From: a virus
IMG/VR virus record: IMGVR_UViG_3300034031_000009
Span: 1 to 64,000 of that record
Length of the DNA stretch: 64,000 bases
Reading direction: 5' to 3' (one strand)
Under the pieces are notes generated by a model, which had not been told where the DNA came from, did not search any database, and saw only the letters and a program-made list of their open reading frames with translations. Numbering within the stretch: position 1 is the first letter of the stretch; each line of letters opens with the position of its first letter. This document shows positions 31,993-40,281 of this stretch, piece after piece. The position numbers and the translations under genes are program-made.

Positions 31993-32023
31993 TCACTAGA
32001 CACGAGCGCGGTTGTCGTGTCAA
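31993..32023 (-). promoter_or_regulatory. Sigma70-like promoter (minus strand), back to back with the alpA2 promoter
   Basis: Reverse complement reads GGTTGACAC-gacaaccgcgctcgtgt-CTAGTG. GGTTG-N6-CAACC dyad at 32010-32025. Confidence 0.4.
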
Positions 32024-32067
32024 CCAAAAGGTGATAATCATTCGCCTGAACGGAGACCGTAAGTGCA

Positions 32068-32256
32068 GTGCCCGAACATCCTGTTGAGTTTCTTCGCCTT
32101 CGCGATGTCAAGCAACGCGCGGGCCTCTCGCGCAGCGAAATCTATCGCCGCATCGCCGCCGGCCGTTTTCCGCAGCCACGTAAATACCCCGGCACCACGA
32201 TGACCTTCTGGCTCTCGACCGAGGTACAGGCGTGGCAGCAGGAACAACTCCGGTGA
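32068..32256 (+). CDS. AlpA-family HTH protein, second copy (62 aa), first gene of the late/packaging operon
   Basis: LSRSEIYRRIAAGRFPQPRKYPGTTMTFWLSTEVQAWQ; GTG start. Confidence 0.8.
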   Translation: MPEHPVEFLRLRDVKQRAGLSRSEIYRRIAAGRFPQPRKYPGTTMTFWLSTEVQAWQQEQLR

Positions 32257-32438
32257 ACTTCGACGCGGCATGTCGCGGAAAGACCGGCTACCTGACCTGG
32301 GAGGCCGCGCGCCGCGCGCTGTCCCGGAACCGCTTCCGCCCGGACAGCCGGGAAGGGCAGGTCGCCCCATATAAATGCCGTTACTGTTCCTCGTGGCACA
32401 TCGGCAAGAGCAAGGATGCGAAGCGGCAACGTGGATGA
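32253..32438 (+). CDS. Small zinc-ribbon-like protein (61 aa)
   Basis: GTGA overlap with the alpA2 stop. C-terminal YKCRYCSSWHIG. Confidence 0.5.
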   Translation: MNFDAACRGKTGYLTWEAARRALSRNRFRPDSREGQVAPYKCRYCSSWHIGKSKDAKRQRG

Positions 32439-33168
32439 TTTTGACGATCTTCTGACCCCGACCCGGAAACGCGGCCGCCCATCGAACGCCGACCGGGCAG
32501 CGCGGATGGAACAAGCTGCCCGCGAAGCTGAGATGCAGGCCGAGTTCCGCAAGGCCGCGCAGGGCCACCAGTCGCTGCAGATCGACCAGTTCCTGAATCC
32601 GGTGCCGCAGAACTTCCTCGCACGCCTGATGAACATGGACCCGGCCACCGTCAACAAGCGGCTGGAGAAGTGCAAGCCCGCCGCCGTGGTCGGACAGCGC
32701 AAGGTCTACTGGTTTCACGAGGCGATCCACTATCTCGTGAAGCCGAAGATGACGGCAGAGCAGTTCGCGCGCACCCTGAACAAGACTGACCTGCCCGCCG
32801 AGATCAACAAGTCCTTCTGGGATGCCCAACGCAGCCGCGTCAAATACAAGATCGAGGCGCAGGAAGCATGGGAGACGGAGGACGTGCTGGAAGTCCTCGG
32901 CGACGTGGCGATGACGCTGAAGGACAGCCTGGTTTCCGTGGTCGAGGAGATGCGTAATCGTGCTAAACTGGACGATGCACAAACCGAGATCCTGTCGGCG
33001 GCGCTCGACGAAATCCGCACCGAGATTCGACGCAAGCTGATCGAGTTGCCCACGCAGAAAGCGACCGGTGCCATGTTCGCCAAGCCGATGTTCGGCGTGG
33101 CCGAGGAGATCGACCGAGAACCAGATGTGCCGGTTGACCCGTGGTCGGATGAGGATGACGACGAGTGA
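32416..33168 (+). CDS. terS: Terminase small subunit candidate (250 aa; alternative GTG start 32431)
   Basis: Lies immediately upstream of, and overlapping, TerL. HTH-like FLARLMNMDPATVNKRL. Acidic C-terminus. Confidence 0.6.
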   Translation: MRSGNVDDFDDLLTPTRKRGRPSNADRAARMEQAAREAEMQAEFRKAAQGHQSLQIDQFLNPVPQNFLARLMNMDPATVNKRLEKCKPAAVVGQRKVYWFHEAIHYLVKPKMTAEQFARTLNKTDLPAEINKSFWDAQRSRVKYKIEAQEAWETEDVLEVLGDVAMTLKDSLVSVVEEMRNRAKLDDAQTEILSAALDEIRTEIRRKLIELPTQKATGAMFAKPMFGVAEEIDREPDVPVDPWSDEDDDE

Positions 33169-35354
33169 ACGCACCCGCCAAGCGGATGCTGGTCAAGGAT
33201 CGCCCGCCTTCCTACCGCACATTGCAGGAACTGATCGTCGCCGGCACCGAGGCAATATCGCCTCCCGAGCGGCTGACCGTCAGTGAAGCTGCGACTAAGT
33301 ACGTTCGGATCAAGGAGAAGAACTACTCCGGCCCGTGGTCGTCTGAAAAGACATCCTACCTGGTTGAACCGCAAAACGTACTGACGAGTCTCGACTATCA
33401 GGGGATGGTGTTCGTCGGGCCGGCACGAACCGGAAAGTCGCAGATGTGGCTGAACTGGTTGGCACACTCAGCAATATGCGACCCGGCGGACATGCTTCTC
33501 CTGCAGATGTCAATGGCCCGCGCGCGTGAGTTCTCATTGTCCGATTTGCGGAAGCTGTTTCGCCATTCGCCTGATGTCGCCGCCAAACTGGTTCCCGGGC
33601 GCCAGAACGACAACGTGTTCGACAAGACTTTCATCTCCGGCATGCGCGCAACGATCGTCCACCCGTCGATCAACGAACTGTCCGGTAAGACCAGCGGTCG
33701 CAACTGGTCGATGGATTACGATCGTTTGCCGACCAGTATCGACGGGGAGGGTGACGCCTGGACGCTGTTGTCAAAGCGCGCCGAGACGCTGGGCCGGTAC
33801 GGAATGACCGTCGCCGAATCCTCGCCAGGCTTCGACGTGACCGACGCGAAGTGGATTGCGGAGTCGCCGCACGAGGCGCCGCCCTGCGAGGGTATCCTTT
33901 CGCTCTACAATATGGGCGACCGCCGCCGCCGTTACTGGTCCTGCCCGCAATGCTCGGGGAAGTTCGAGCCGGACTTCGGCCTGTTCCACTACCCGGAGTC
34001 GCGCGACCCGCATGAGTCCGCCGAGCAGGTGACGATGATCTGCCCGCACGACGGCTTCCCGATGACGCCTGACATGCGGCACGAACTGGAGCACGGGGGC
34101 CGGTGGATCAGGGAGGGGGAGGTGTGGCTGCCCGATGGCACGATCACTGGGACGCCGCGTCGCTCCGACATCGCGTCGTTCTGGTTGAAAGGCCCATCGG
34201 CGGCATTCAACACCTGGCCGAAGCTGGTGCTGGCGTATCTCAACGCGAAAGCCGATTACGAGCGCACCGGCAGCGAGGAGAAGCTGCGTGCCGTCGTCAA
34301 CACCTCATTTGGCATGCCGTACACTCCGAAGCAGTTGGAGGCAGGTCGCCTGCCCGACGTGCTCAAGGAGCGCGCGCGGCCGTACAACAGGCGCGGCACG
34401 GTTCCCGAGGGTGTCCGGTTCCTCATCACCACGATCGACGTGCAGAAGGCGTCCTTCGTCTGTCACACGTTCGGGATCGCGCCCGTCCAGATGGAGGGCG
34501 GCGCATGGTCGGTCGACATCTACCACGTCGATATGTGGAAGATCACCAAGTCGCGCCGTCTCGACGATGACGGCCACCCGAAGCTGATCGACCCGGCGGC
34601 GTTCCGCGAGGACTGGCACGTTCTGATCGACGAGGTGATCGAGCGTGACTACCCACTGGAGGACGGTTCGGGACGCATGATGCGGGCCAAGCTGTTCGCC
34701 TGCGACTCTGGTGGCGCGGCGAGCGCGGCGGCCGTGCGTCTGAACAAGGCGCTCGACGGGCCGGTGGTCTCCGTGACCTCGAATGCTTATGACTTCTGGC
34801 GGTATCTGCGGCTGCACGATCCGCAGCAGCGCAACTACCAGATGAAGTTTCACCTGCTGAAGGGTGAGCCGAGCCGACAGGACAATCTGATCCACGTCGA
34901 CTATCCGGACTCGCAGCAGAAGGACAAATACGCGATCGCGCGCGGCGATGTGCCGGTTTGGAAGATCAACTCGAACCGAGCCAAGGATCAGGTCGGCAAC
35001 ATGCTCGACCGTGGTGACCCAGGCGGCCGGTTTCACTTCCCCGTGTGGTACGAGGAAGACGGGTCGATGGAGAATATCGACTGGCTCTACACGCAGCTCA
35101 CCGCCGAGGTTCGGTTGCAGGCAGGCTGGGAAAACCGCAGCCGCCGTCGTAACGAGGCGTTTGACTTGGCAGCCTATTGTGTGGCGTTCCTGAAGCACCC
35201 GAGCATCAAGATCGACCGGCTCGACTGGTCGAAGCCTGCCGCCTGGTTCGCGCCGTGGGATCAGAACGACCACGTCTTCGGGGCGGCAGGGCAGTCGGTA
35301 GCCCCAATCACGCCGCGTCCCAAGATCGCAGCACTGGGCGACGCTTTGCTCTGA
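33165..35354 (+). CDS. terL: Terminase large subunit, lambda GpA family (729 aa)
   Basis: Walker A VGPARTGKS. GpA-type zinc motif YWSCPQCSGKF. Size and position fit. Confidence 0.9.
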   Translation: MNAPAKRMLVKDRPPSYRTLQELIVAGTEAISPPERLTVSEAATKYVRIKEKNYSGPWSSEKTSYLVEPQNVLTSLDYQGMVFVGPARTGKSQMWLNWLAHSAICDPADMLLLQMSMARAREFSLSDLRKLFRHSPDVAAKLVPGRQNDNVFDKTFISGMRATIVHPSINELSGKTSGRNWSMDYDRLPTSIDGEGDAWTLLSKRAETLGRYGMTVAESSPGFDVTDAKWIAESPHEAPPCEGILSLYNMGDRRRRYWSCPQCSGKFEPDFGLFHYPESRDPHESAEQVTMICPHDGFPMTPDMRHELEHGGRWIREGEVWLPDGTITGTPRRSDIASFWLKGPSAAFNTWPKLVLAYLNAKADYERTGSEEKLRAVVNTSFGMPYTPKQLEAGRLPDVLKERARPYNRRGTVPEGVRFLITTIDVQKASFVCHTFGIAPVQMEGGAWSVDIYHVDMWKITKSRRLDDDGHPKLIDPAAFREDWHVLIDEVIERDYPLEDGSGRMMRAKLFACDSGGAASAAAVRLNKALDGPVVSVTSNAYDFWRYLRLHDPQQRNYQMKFHLLKGEPSRQDNLIHVDYPDSQQKDKYAIARGDVPVWKINSNRAKDQVGNMLDRGDPGGRFHFPVWYEEDGSMENIDWLYTQLTAEVRLQAGWENRSRRRNEAFDLAAYCVAFLKHPSIKIDRLDWSKPAAWFAPWDQNDHVFGAAGQSVAPITPRPKIAALGDALL

Positions 35355-35370
35355 TTGGTTGCCGAGTCAC

Positions 35371-35391
35371 CTATTTCGTGATAGTGACGGG
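35371..35391 (+). promoter_or_regulatory. Late junction box, variant copy
   Basis: CTATTTCGTGATAGTGAC; compare the 24-nt box at 52757 and 57405. Confidence 0.5.
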
Positions 35392-35417
35392 CACCGCGAA
35401 GAAGGAGTCTGCCCGAC

Positions 35418-35870
35418 ATGCCAGCCGGTTCTGTGACCATTCAGGAGTCGATCGACCGGATCAAGCGGTCGCTGCGGTTCTGGTCGAGCGACGCGACCGA
35501 CAAGGGTGCGTTGATGCCCATGATGGCGCTGGGCACGCCTAGCGGTACTCCGCTGAATCTCGACCCGCCTGAATGTCTCAGCCACTATGTGCTGACTGCC
35601 GACACCTCGTTCGCTGGCAATACACTGGCCGCGCTGCTGGGCGGGACCGTACTGGTCGATCAGGTCGCGGCAGGTCTGTCTGCAATCACCGTCACGGTCA
35701 CCGGCTTCCCGATCCGTGTCCGCTTCGACGGTGGCGACCCCTCGACCATCGGCCACATTTACGGGGTCGATAACGTCCAGCCTTATGTCTGGGACGCTGC
35801 CGACTTCGCCGACATTGCGTTCGTCGGCATCGGCGGCGCGGCGACCGTCAACATCGCATTGTGGGCCTGA
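35418..35870 (+). CDS. Hypothetical beta-rich protein (150 aa), first gene of the TerL-gpW insertion
   Basis: ORF track; GAAGGAG SD. Confidence 0.65.
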   Translation: MPAGSVTIQESIDRIKRSLRFWSSDATDKGALMPMMALGTPSGTPLNLDPPECLSHYVLTADTSFAGNTLAALLGGTVLVDQVAAGLSAITVTVTGFPIRVRFDGGDPSTIGHIYGVDNVQPYVWDAADFADIAFVGIGGAATVNIALWA

Positions 35871-36733
35871 GCACCATGCTGCGTTCGCAAGGTATCCTAT
35901 CGCCGCCGCCGCTGGTTGTGACGGGCGGCACTCCGACCCCGACGCCAACGCCTACACCGACTGCGGCATCCCTGACCTTCGGCGCCTATGGCCTGAACAC
36001 ATCGCTGGCGACGCACACCACTGGAGCGGCCAACGCCAAAGGCACCGCAACCTCGCTCGGCACCTTGAGCCAAGCCGTCGACCTGATCCGCATGGCCTTC
36101 TTCACGGCCAATAGCCGCCCGTTCCTGATCGACTTGCGGCTCGCCGGGGCGTTGATCGCCACTGACGTACCTGTTGTTTTCACCAACACCACGGCTCGAA
36201 TGAACCTGCCGCTGCGGGTCTCGGCTGGCGAGTTGACCTTTCAGGCATCCTACGGCGGCACAGCCACCTCGATCGAGGCAATCGCATTCGCCGCCACGTC
36301 CACCGTGCAAGAGACCGCGACGGTCTGCGAGCCAATCGCAGCAGTTGGCGCAGGCGCGGAGCTTACCGGCATCACCGGCATCCAGCCGGGCGACATTGGT
36401 GTGTCGAGTGGGTGGGTCGAGATCGGAACCAGCGCCAACGCGGTCAAAGGAGTTCTGCCCTTTGTCGGCCGCTCGAACGTCACCACTGGCCGCGCCGACG
36501 AGCGGTACAAGCTGGAGATCGGGACCGGAGCCACTATTGGCGTCGTCGCCTCGATTGGTATTTCGTCTCTGTTCCGATCTTCTGCGGCGATCATCATCGG
36601 CGACAATCTCCAACCGATCATGCAGGCTTTCGCGGCAGGCACGAAGTTCTGGGCGCGGCTGACCACCCTGGCGACGACTGCCAGCGCCGGCACGACGCGC
36701 ACGATGAACGTCCAAATTCACGGGATACGCTAA
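35861..36733 (+). CDS. Hypothetical beta-rich protein (290 aa) with an N-terminal (TP)n linker
   Basis: ORF track; TGGTPTPTPTPTPTAAS linker. Overlaps both neighbouring genes. Confidence 0.65.
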   Translation: MGLSTMLRSQGILSPPPLVVTGGTPTPTPTPTPTAASLTFGAYGLNTSLATHTTGAANAKGTATSLGTLSQAVDLIRMAFFTANSRPFLIDLRLAGALIATDVPVVFTNTTARMNLPLRVSAGELTFQASYGGTATSIEAIAFAATSTVQETATVCEPIAAVGAGAELTGITGIQPGDIGVSSGWVEIGTSANAVKGVLPFVGRSNVTTGRADERYKLEIGTGATIGVVASIGISSLFRSSAAIIIGDNLQPIMQAFAAGTKFWARLTTLATTASAGTTRTMNVQIHGIR

Positions 36734-39700
36734 TGAGGGCACGCCACTGGTTCCTCTGTAGCGCGCGCCCGGTAACTGGCCCGACCCCAGACCCGTCGCC
36801 GACACCAACCCCGACTCCGCCGACCGACACCCCGACACCACAGCCGGCGCCGACACCTCCCCCGGCGCCGACGCCGACCCCCACACCCTCGGCGGCCTTT
36901 ATGGCGTCCTCAGTCTCGTTTGACGGCGCGACATTCCATTTCGTCGACAGCAACGAAACAACCCCCAAACAGGAGCTTGTCGGCTACTCCGCGACCGGCG
37001 AGCCGTATGTCGTGGCCGGCGCCAACCCGATCCGCATCAAGCAGATATTCCCGTTGTGCGTGCAGCGCGCGGCCGGCACGCGCAGATTCCACAGCTACGT
37101 CAACGGGATTGATGCCGCCGCCTTTACGGGGGCGAGCGTCGATGGAGACGGCAATACGCACGTCCCCTATGCGTCGTGGATCAACGGCACCCAGGTTAAC
37201 CCCGGCTCGAAAAGCTGGACGAAGTTCTATCGGACGGGCGAGGCCCGTGCGCCCGTCATCGTCCCCGACAGCGGCGCCCGGTTCCCTGCGCCTTCTAGCG
37301 TCACTCCTGGCAGCGCCACCCTGACCAACAGCGAGTTTCAGGAATATACCTCGTTCGACGTAATCGACCACGCATCGGAGAAGCAGGGCTATGACGAATA
37401 CCCCCGCACCCCCTCAGAAGGCTCGATCTCCGGCGAGTACGACGACAAGCTGAACGTCGACCCTGTTCGGCTGGCGGCGCGCGGGCATGGCAACAGTCTC
37501 GTCGTCTATGCCGGTGACAGCGTGGTCAAGGCGATCAGCCACGACGAGATCGTCCCGAAAGAGGCGCGCGGCGTCCTGCAAAAGTTTGTCGTCCTATCGG
37601 TGCTGGCGTCCGAGCCTGCAGTCGGCGACTTCCGGCCACCTTACGCCTGCGATCCCGCGATCAAGCTGGCGATGCCAAGCTGGAACGTCAGCGATCTGGA
37701 TTACAGCTTTCTCTCCAACGTCACCCCGCCCGCAGTCGACGGCCTCATCACCGCCGCAATGGCGCTCGGCTATGTCCAGCGCCCGATGGAGTTAAGCGCC
37801 AGCGATCAGTGCCGCTCGATTGCGCCAACGCTGCATCAGGCCGAATATGGCCGCGACATTTGGCGCCAGAACACGCGCGCCCTGCTCTGGCTGCACCACA
37901 ACAACTCGAACGCGACCAAGCTGCCTGTCCTGCGGGCGATGGTGCAGCGCGGCATCGACGTATGGGGCGCGGTCAAGAACGGGCGCGTCTGGCTGACCAA
38001 CGGCGGCCACAATGCCAAGTGCAAGACCCCGCTCGTCGTCGCGGCGCTCGCGCTGGGTGATGCCGAGTTGGCGACCTGGGCGCAGCGCGACGATCTGTTC
38101 CAAGAGGACTTGCAGGTTTTCACCGTGCAAGAGGGCGGCGGCCCCGGCTCGTTCGACAGCGACATTCTGCGCAAGCACACGCTCGACAACGGCGCGGTTC
38201 TGGCAGTCGGAGTCGGTGGCTCGGGCTATCAGGCAAATGATCTCGTGCGCCTGCGCGTCGGGACGCCACTGAGCGAGGATGACTATCCCGTCTATGAGAT
38301 CGACGCGACCCGCATCAACGGAGCGGGCGCTATCATCGCATGGAACGAGAGCGACTGCGAACGCTTCCCCCGGCTGATGCGCGGCGCGGGGCCGGGTACG
38401 ACATGGCCGGTCGAGACGATCACCGGCAGCGGCAGCGGCGCTACCATCAAGATTCCGCGCACCGTCGAGACCCGGCTTGAGCATGAGCTTGGCTCGGCCG
38501 ACTTCTACGCGACCTATAATCGCTACAGCGGCGGCGGCACCGATGCGGTCGATCTTGCCGGCGTGCCGATCACCAACGGCGACTTCTACGCCACCTATGC
38601 CAACACCCGCACTTACGATCAGTCGTATCGCGGCACGAACGCCTCGAACACCGCACTGAACTCGCTGGCGATCCGCATGTGTACGGGCGGCGTGGCGATG
38701 TGGAACTACGCTCCGTTCCACGAGTGGGGCGACCGTTCCTACTATGCCGCGATCCCGACCGATCCCTATCTGGATTGGTCGACCATTGCGCCGACTGCAT
38801 ACGAGAAAGCCTTGTGGGACGCGCATCGGGCGATGCCGAACCCTGGCGCTCCGACCATTGTGTCGGCGCATGTCAAGGACAACCGCGTCGCGATCATCTT
38901 CGATCAGTTGCTCCACGAGGGCTATGTCCCCTCGACTGACGACTTCGCTCTTAGTTCCGGTTCCACGACCATTGGTGCCACCTATGTCGAGGTGCGCGGC
39001 AGGGGCGTGCTGCTTCTGACTAATGCGACGATTCCTACCGGCACCAAGGTTCCCGTCACCTATCGGCAGACGCCGAACGGGCTTCGCAATCTGGCCGGAA
39101 CCCTCGTCGCCGACATAAACGGCGCGGTCCTGCGCGACGGCACCGGCTCTGGCGCTGCGCCTGTGTTCAGCGGCGACCCCGTTGTCACCGGCAACACAGC
39201 GCCAGAAGGCGACCTGAACGCGACCACCGGCACAGCATCGGGCAATCCGCTGTTCACCCGGCGCTGGTTTAGCAATGCCGCACAGACCGACGACACCGAC
39301 CTGACCTATACCAAGGGGACGGCAGATAGCGGCAACTCGCTTAGCTGTAAGAGCTACGCCATGAACGGCTATGGCATCGCCACCGCGACGAGCAACGCCG
39401 TGGTCATCGTCGCCGCGCCCGTCACCCGTACCTACAACTTCAACGACGCAGACGGCACCAAGCTGACGGCAATCGGCTTCAAGCAGGTGATCGGCGACGG
39501 AACGGTTGTGGTCGATGCTGCTACCACCGCAGTCAAGAAAACCTCCGGCTCGGCTGGCGTCAACCTGCTCACCGCCGAAGGGCTGACTTACAAGACGCAG
39601 CACGTCACCGGCACATGGCAGGCCAACCAATCGACGCAATGGATCGGGGTGCTGGCGTCCTATGGCGGTGCTGGCGTTACTGGGTATTTCCTGCGTCGCA

Positions 39701-39984
39701 GCGGCGACACATCGGCGCGTCTGTCCAAATATACCAACGGCATCGCCACCTCGATCCAGGCCAGTATTGCCGGCGTCGTCGCGGGCGGCAGCTTGCGACT
39801 GGAGGCGGTTGTCGCGGCCAACAATCTGAGCGTGTCGCTCAAGGTCTATCAGGGCGCGACCCTGCTTTACGATGGCTCCGACACCACTTCGCCTCACACC
39901 AGCGGCGCCACGGCGATCTTCATGGGCGGAACCGGCGCGGTCGCTCCATGGCTCGCCCAACTCGTCACCTATGCGGCACCATAG
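36733..39984 (+). CDS. Large (1083 aa) protein with a Pro/Thr linker; possible glycan-binding/degrading virion or secreted protein
   Basis: TAATG overlap with the upstream stop. N-terminus MRARHWFLCSARP followed by a PT-rich 45-aa linker. The C-terminal ~170 aa look like a lectin/jelly-roll fold. ORF-track start 36412 rejected. Confidence 0.7.
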   Translation: MRARHWFLCSARPVTGPTPDPSPTPTPTPPTDTPTPQPAPTPPPAPTPTPTPSAAFMASSVSFDGATFHFVDSNETTPKQELVGYSATGEPYVVAGANPIRIKQIFPLCVQRAAGTRRFHSYVNGIDAAAFTGASVDGDGNTHVPYASWINGTQVNPGSKSWTKFYRTGEARAPVIVPDSGARFPAPSSVTPGSATLTNSEFQEYTSFDVIDHASEKQGYDEYPRTPSEGSISGEYDDKLNVDPVRLAARGHGNSLVVYAGDSVVKAISHDEIVPKEARGVLQKFVVLSVLASEPAVGDFRPPYACDPAIKLAMPSWNVSDLDYSFLSNVTPPAVDGLITAAMALGYVQRPMELSASDQCRSIAPTLHQAEYGRDIWRQNTRALLWLHHNNSNATKLPVLRAMVQRGIDVWGAVKNGRVWLTNGGHNAKCKTPLVVAALALGDAELATWAQRDDLFQEDLQVFTVQEGGGPGSFDSDILRKHTLDNGAVLAVGVGGSGYQANDLVRLRVGTPLSEDDYPVYEIDATRINGAGAIIAWNESDCERFPRLMRGAGPGTTWPVETITGSGSGATIKIPRTVETRLEHELGSADFYATYNRYSGGGTDAVDLAGVPITNGDFYATYANTRTYDQSYRGTNASNTALNSLAIRMCTGGVAMWNYAPFHEWGDRSYYAAIPTDPYLDWSTIAPTAYEKALWDAHRAMPNPGAPTIVSAHVKDNRVAIIFDQLLHEGYVPSTDDFALSSGSTTIGATYVEVRGRGVLLLTNATIPTGTKVPVTYRQTPNGLRNLAGTLVADINGAVLRDGTGSGAAPVFSGDPVVTGNTAPEGDLNATTGTASGNPLFTRRWFSNAAQTDDTDLTYTKGTADSGNSLSCKSYAMNGYGIATATSNAVVIVAAPVTRTYNFNDADGTKLTAIGFKQVIGDGTVVVDAATTAVKKTSGSAGVNLLTAEGLTYKTQHVTGTWQANQSTQWIGVLASYGGAGVTGYFLRRSGDTSARLSKYTNGIATSIQASIAGVVAGGSLRLEAVVAANNLSVSLKVYQGATLLYDGSDTTSPHTSGATAIFMGGTGAVAPWLAQLVTYAAP

Positions 39985-40053
39985 AAGTTCAACTTCAACT
40001 TGACAAATCAACCTAATGTTGCCTCAACACGCGAGTCGTGATACTCCACTGCT

Positions 40054-40281
40054 ATGGCGACCCTTGCTGAACGTCTCGTTGAAGCTGAAGCTGCGTATCA
40101 CGATCTCCAGATCGGGAAGTCGGCGCGAGTCTATGCCGACCAGAATGGCGAACGTGTCGAGTTCACGGCAGCCAATGCGGCCCGTCTGCTCGGCTACATC
40201 AAGGATCTGAAGCTGCAAATCGCCAACGAGAACGCCGGTACGACCCAGAGTGAGGGTCCGATGCGGCCCTTCTTCCTCTGA
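40054..40281 (+). CDS. Head-tail joining protein, lambda gpW-like (75 aa)
   Basis: Size, position before the portal, and the pattern L..A..A...L..G....V....G..V.F......L..YI..L. Confidence 0.65.
   Translation: MATLAERLVEAEAAYHDLQIGKSARVYADQNGERVEFTAANAARLLGYIKDLKLQIANENAGTTQSEGPMRPFFL

Noticed and set aside
36412-36732. N-terminal extension of the large ORF (ORF-track start 36412)
   Set aside because: This stretch overlaps the 3' end of 35861..36733 in another frame and translates to Arg/His-rich junk. The ATG at 36733 overlaps the upstream stop (TAATG).
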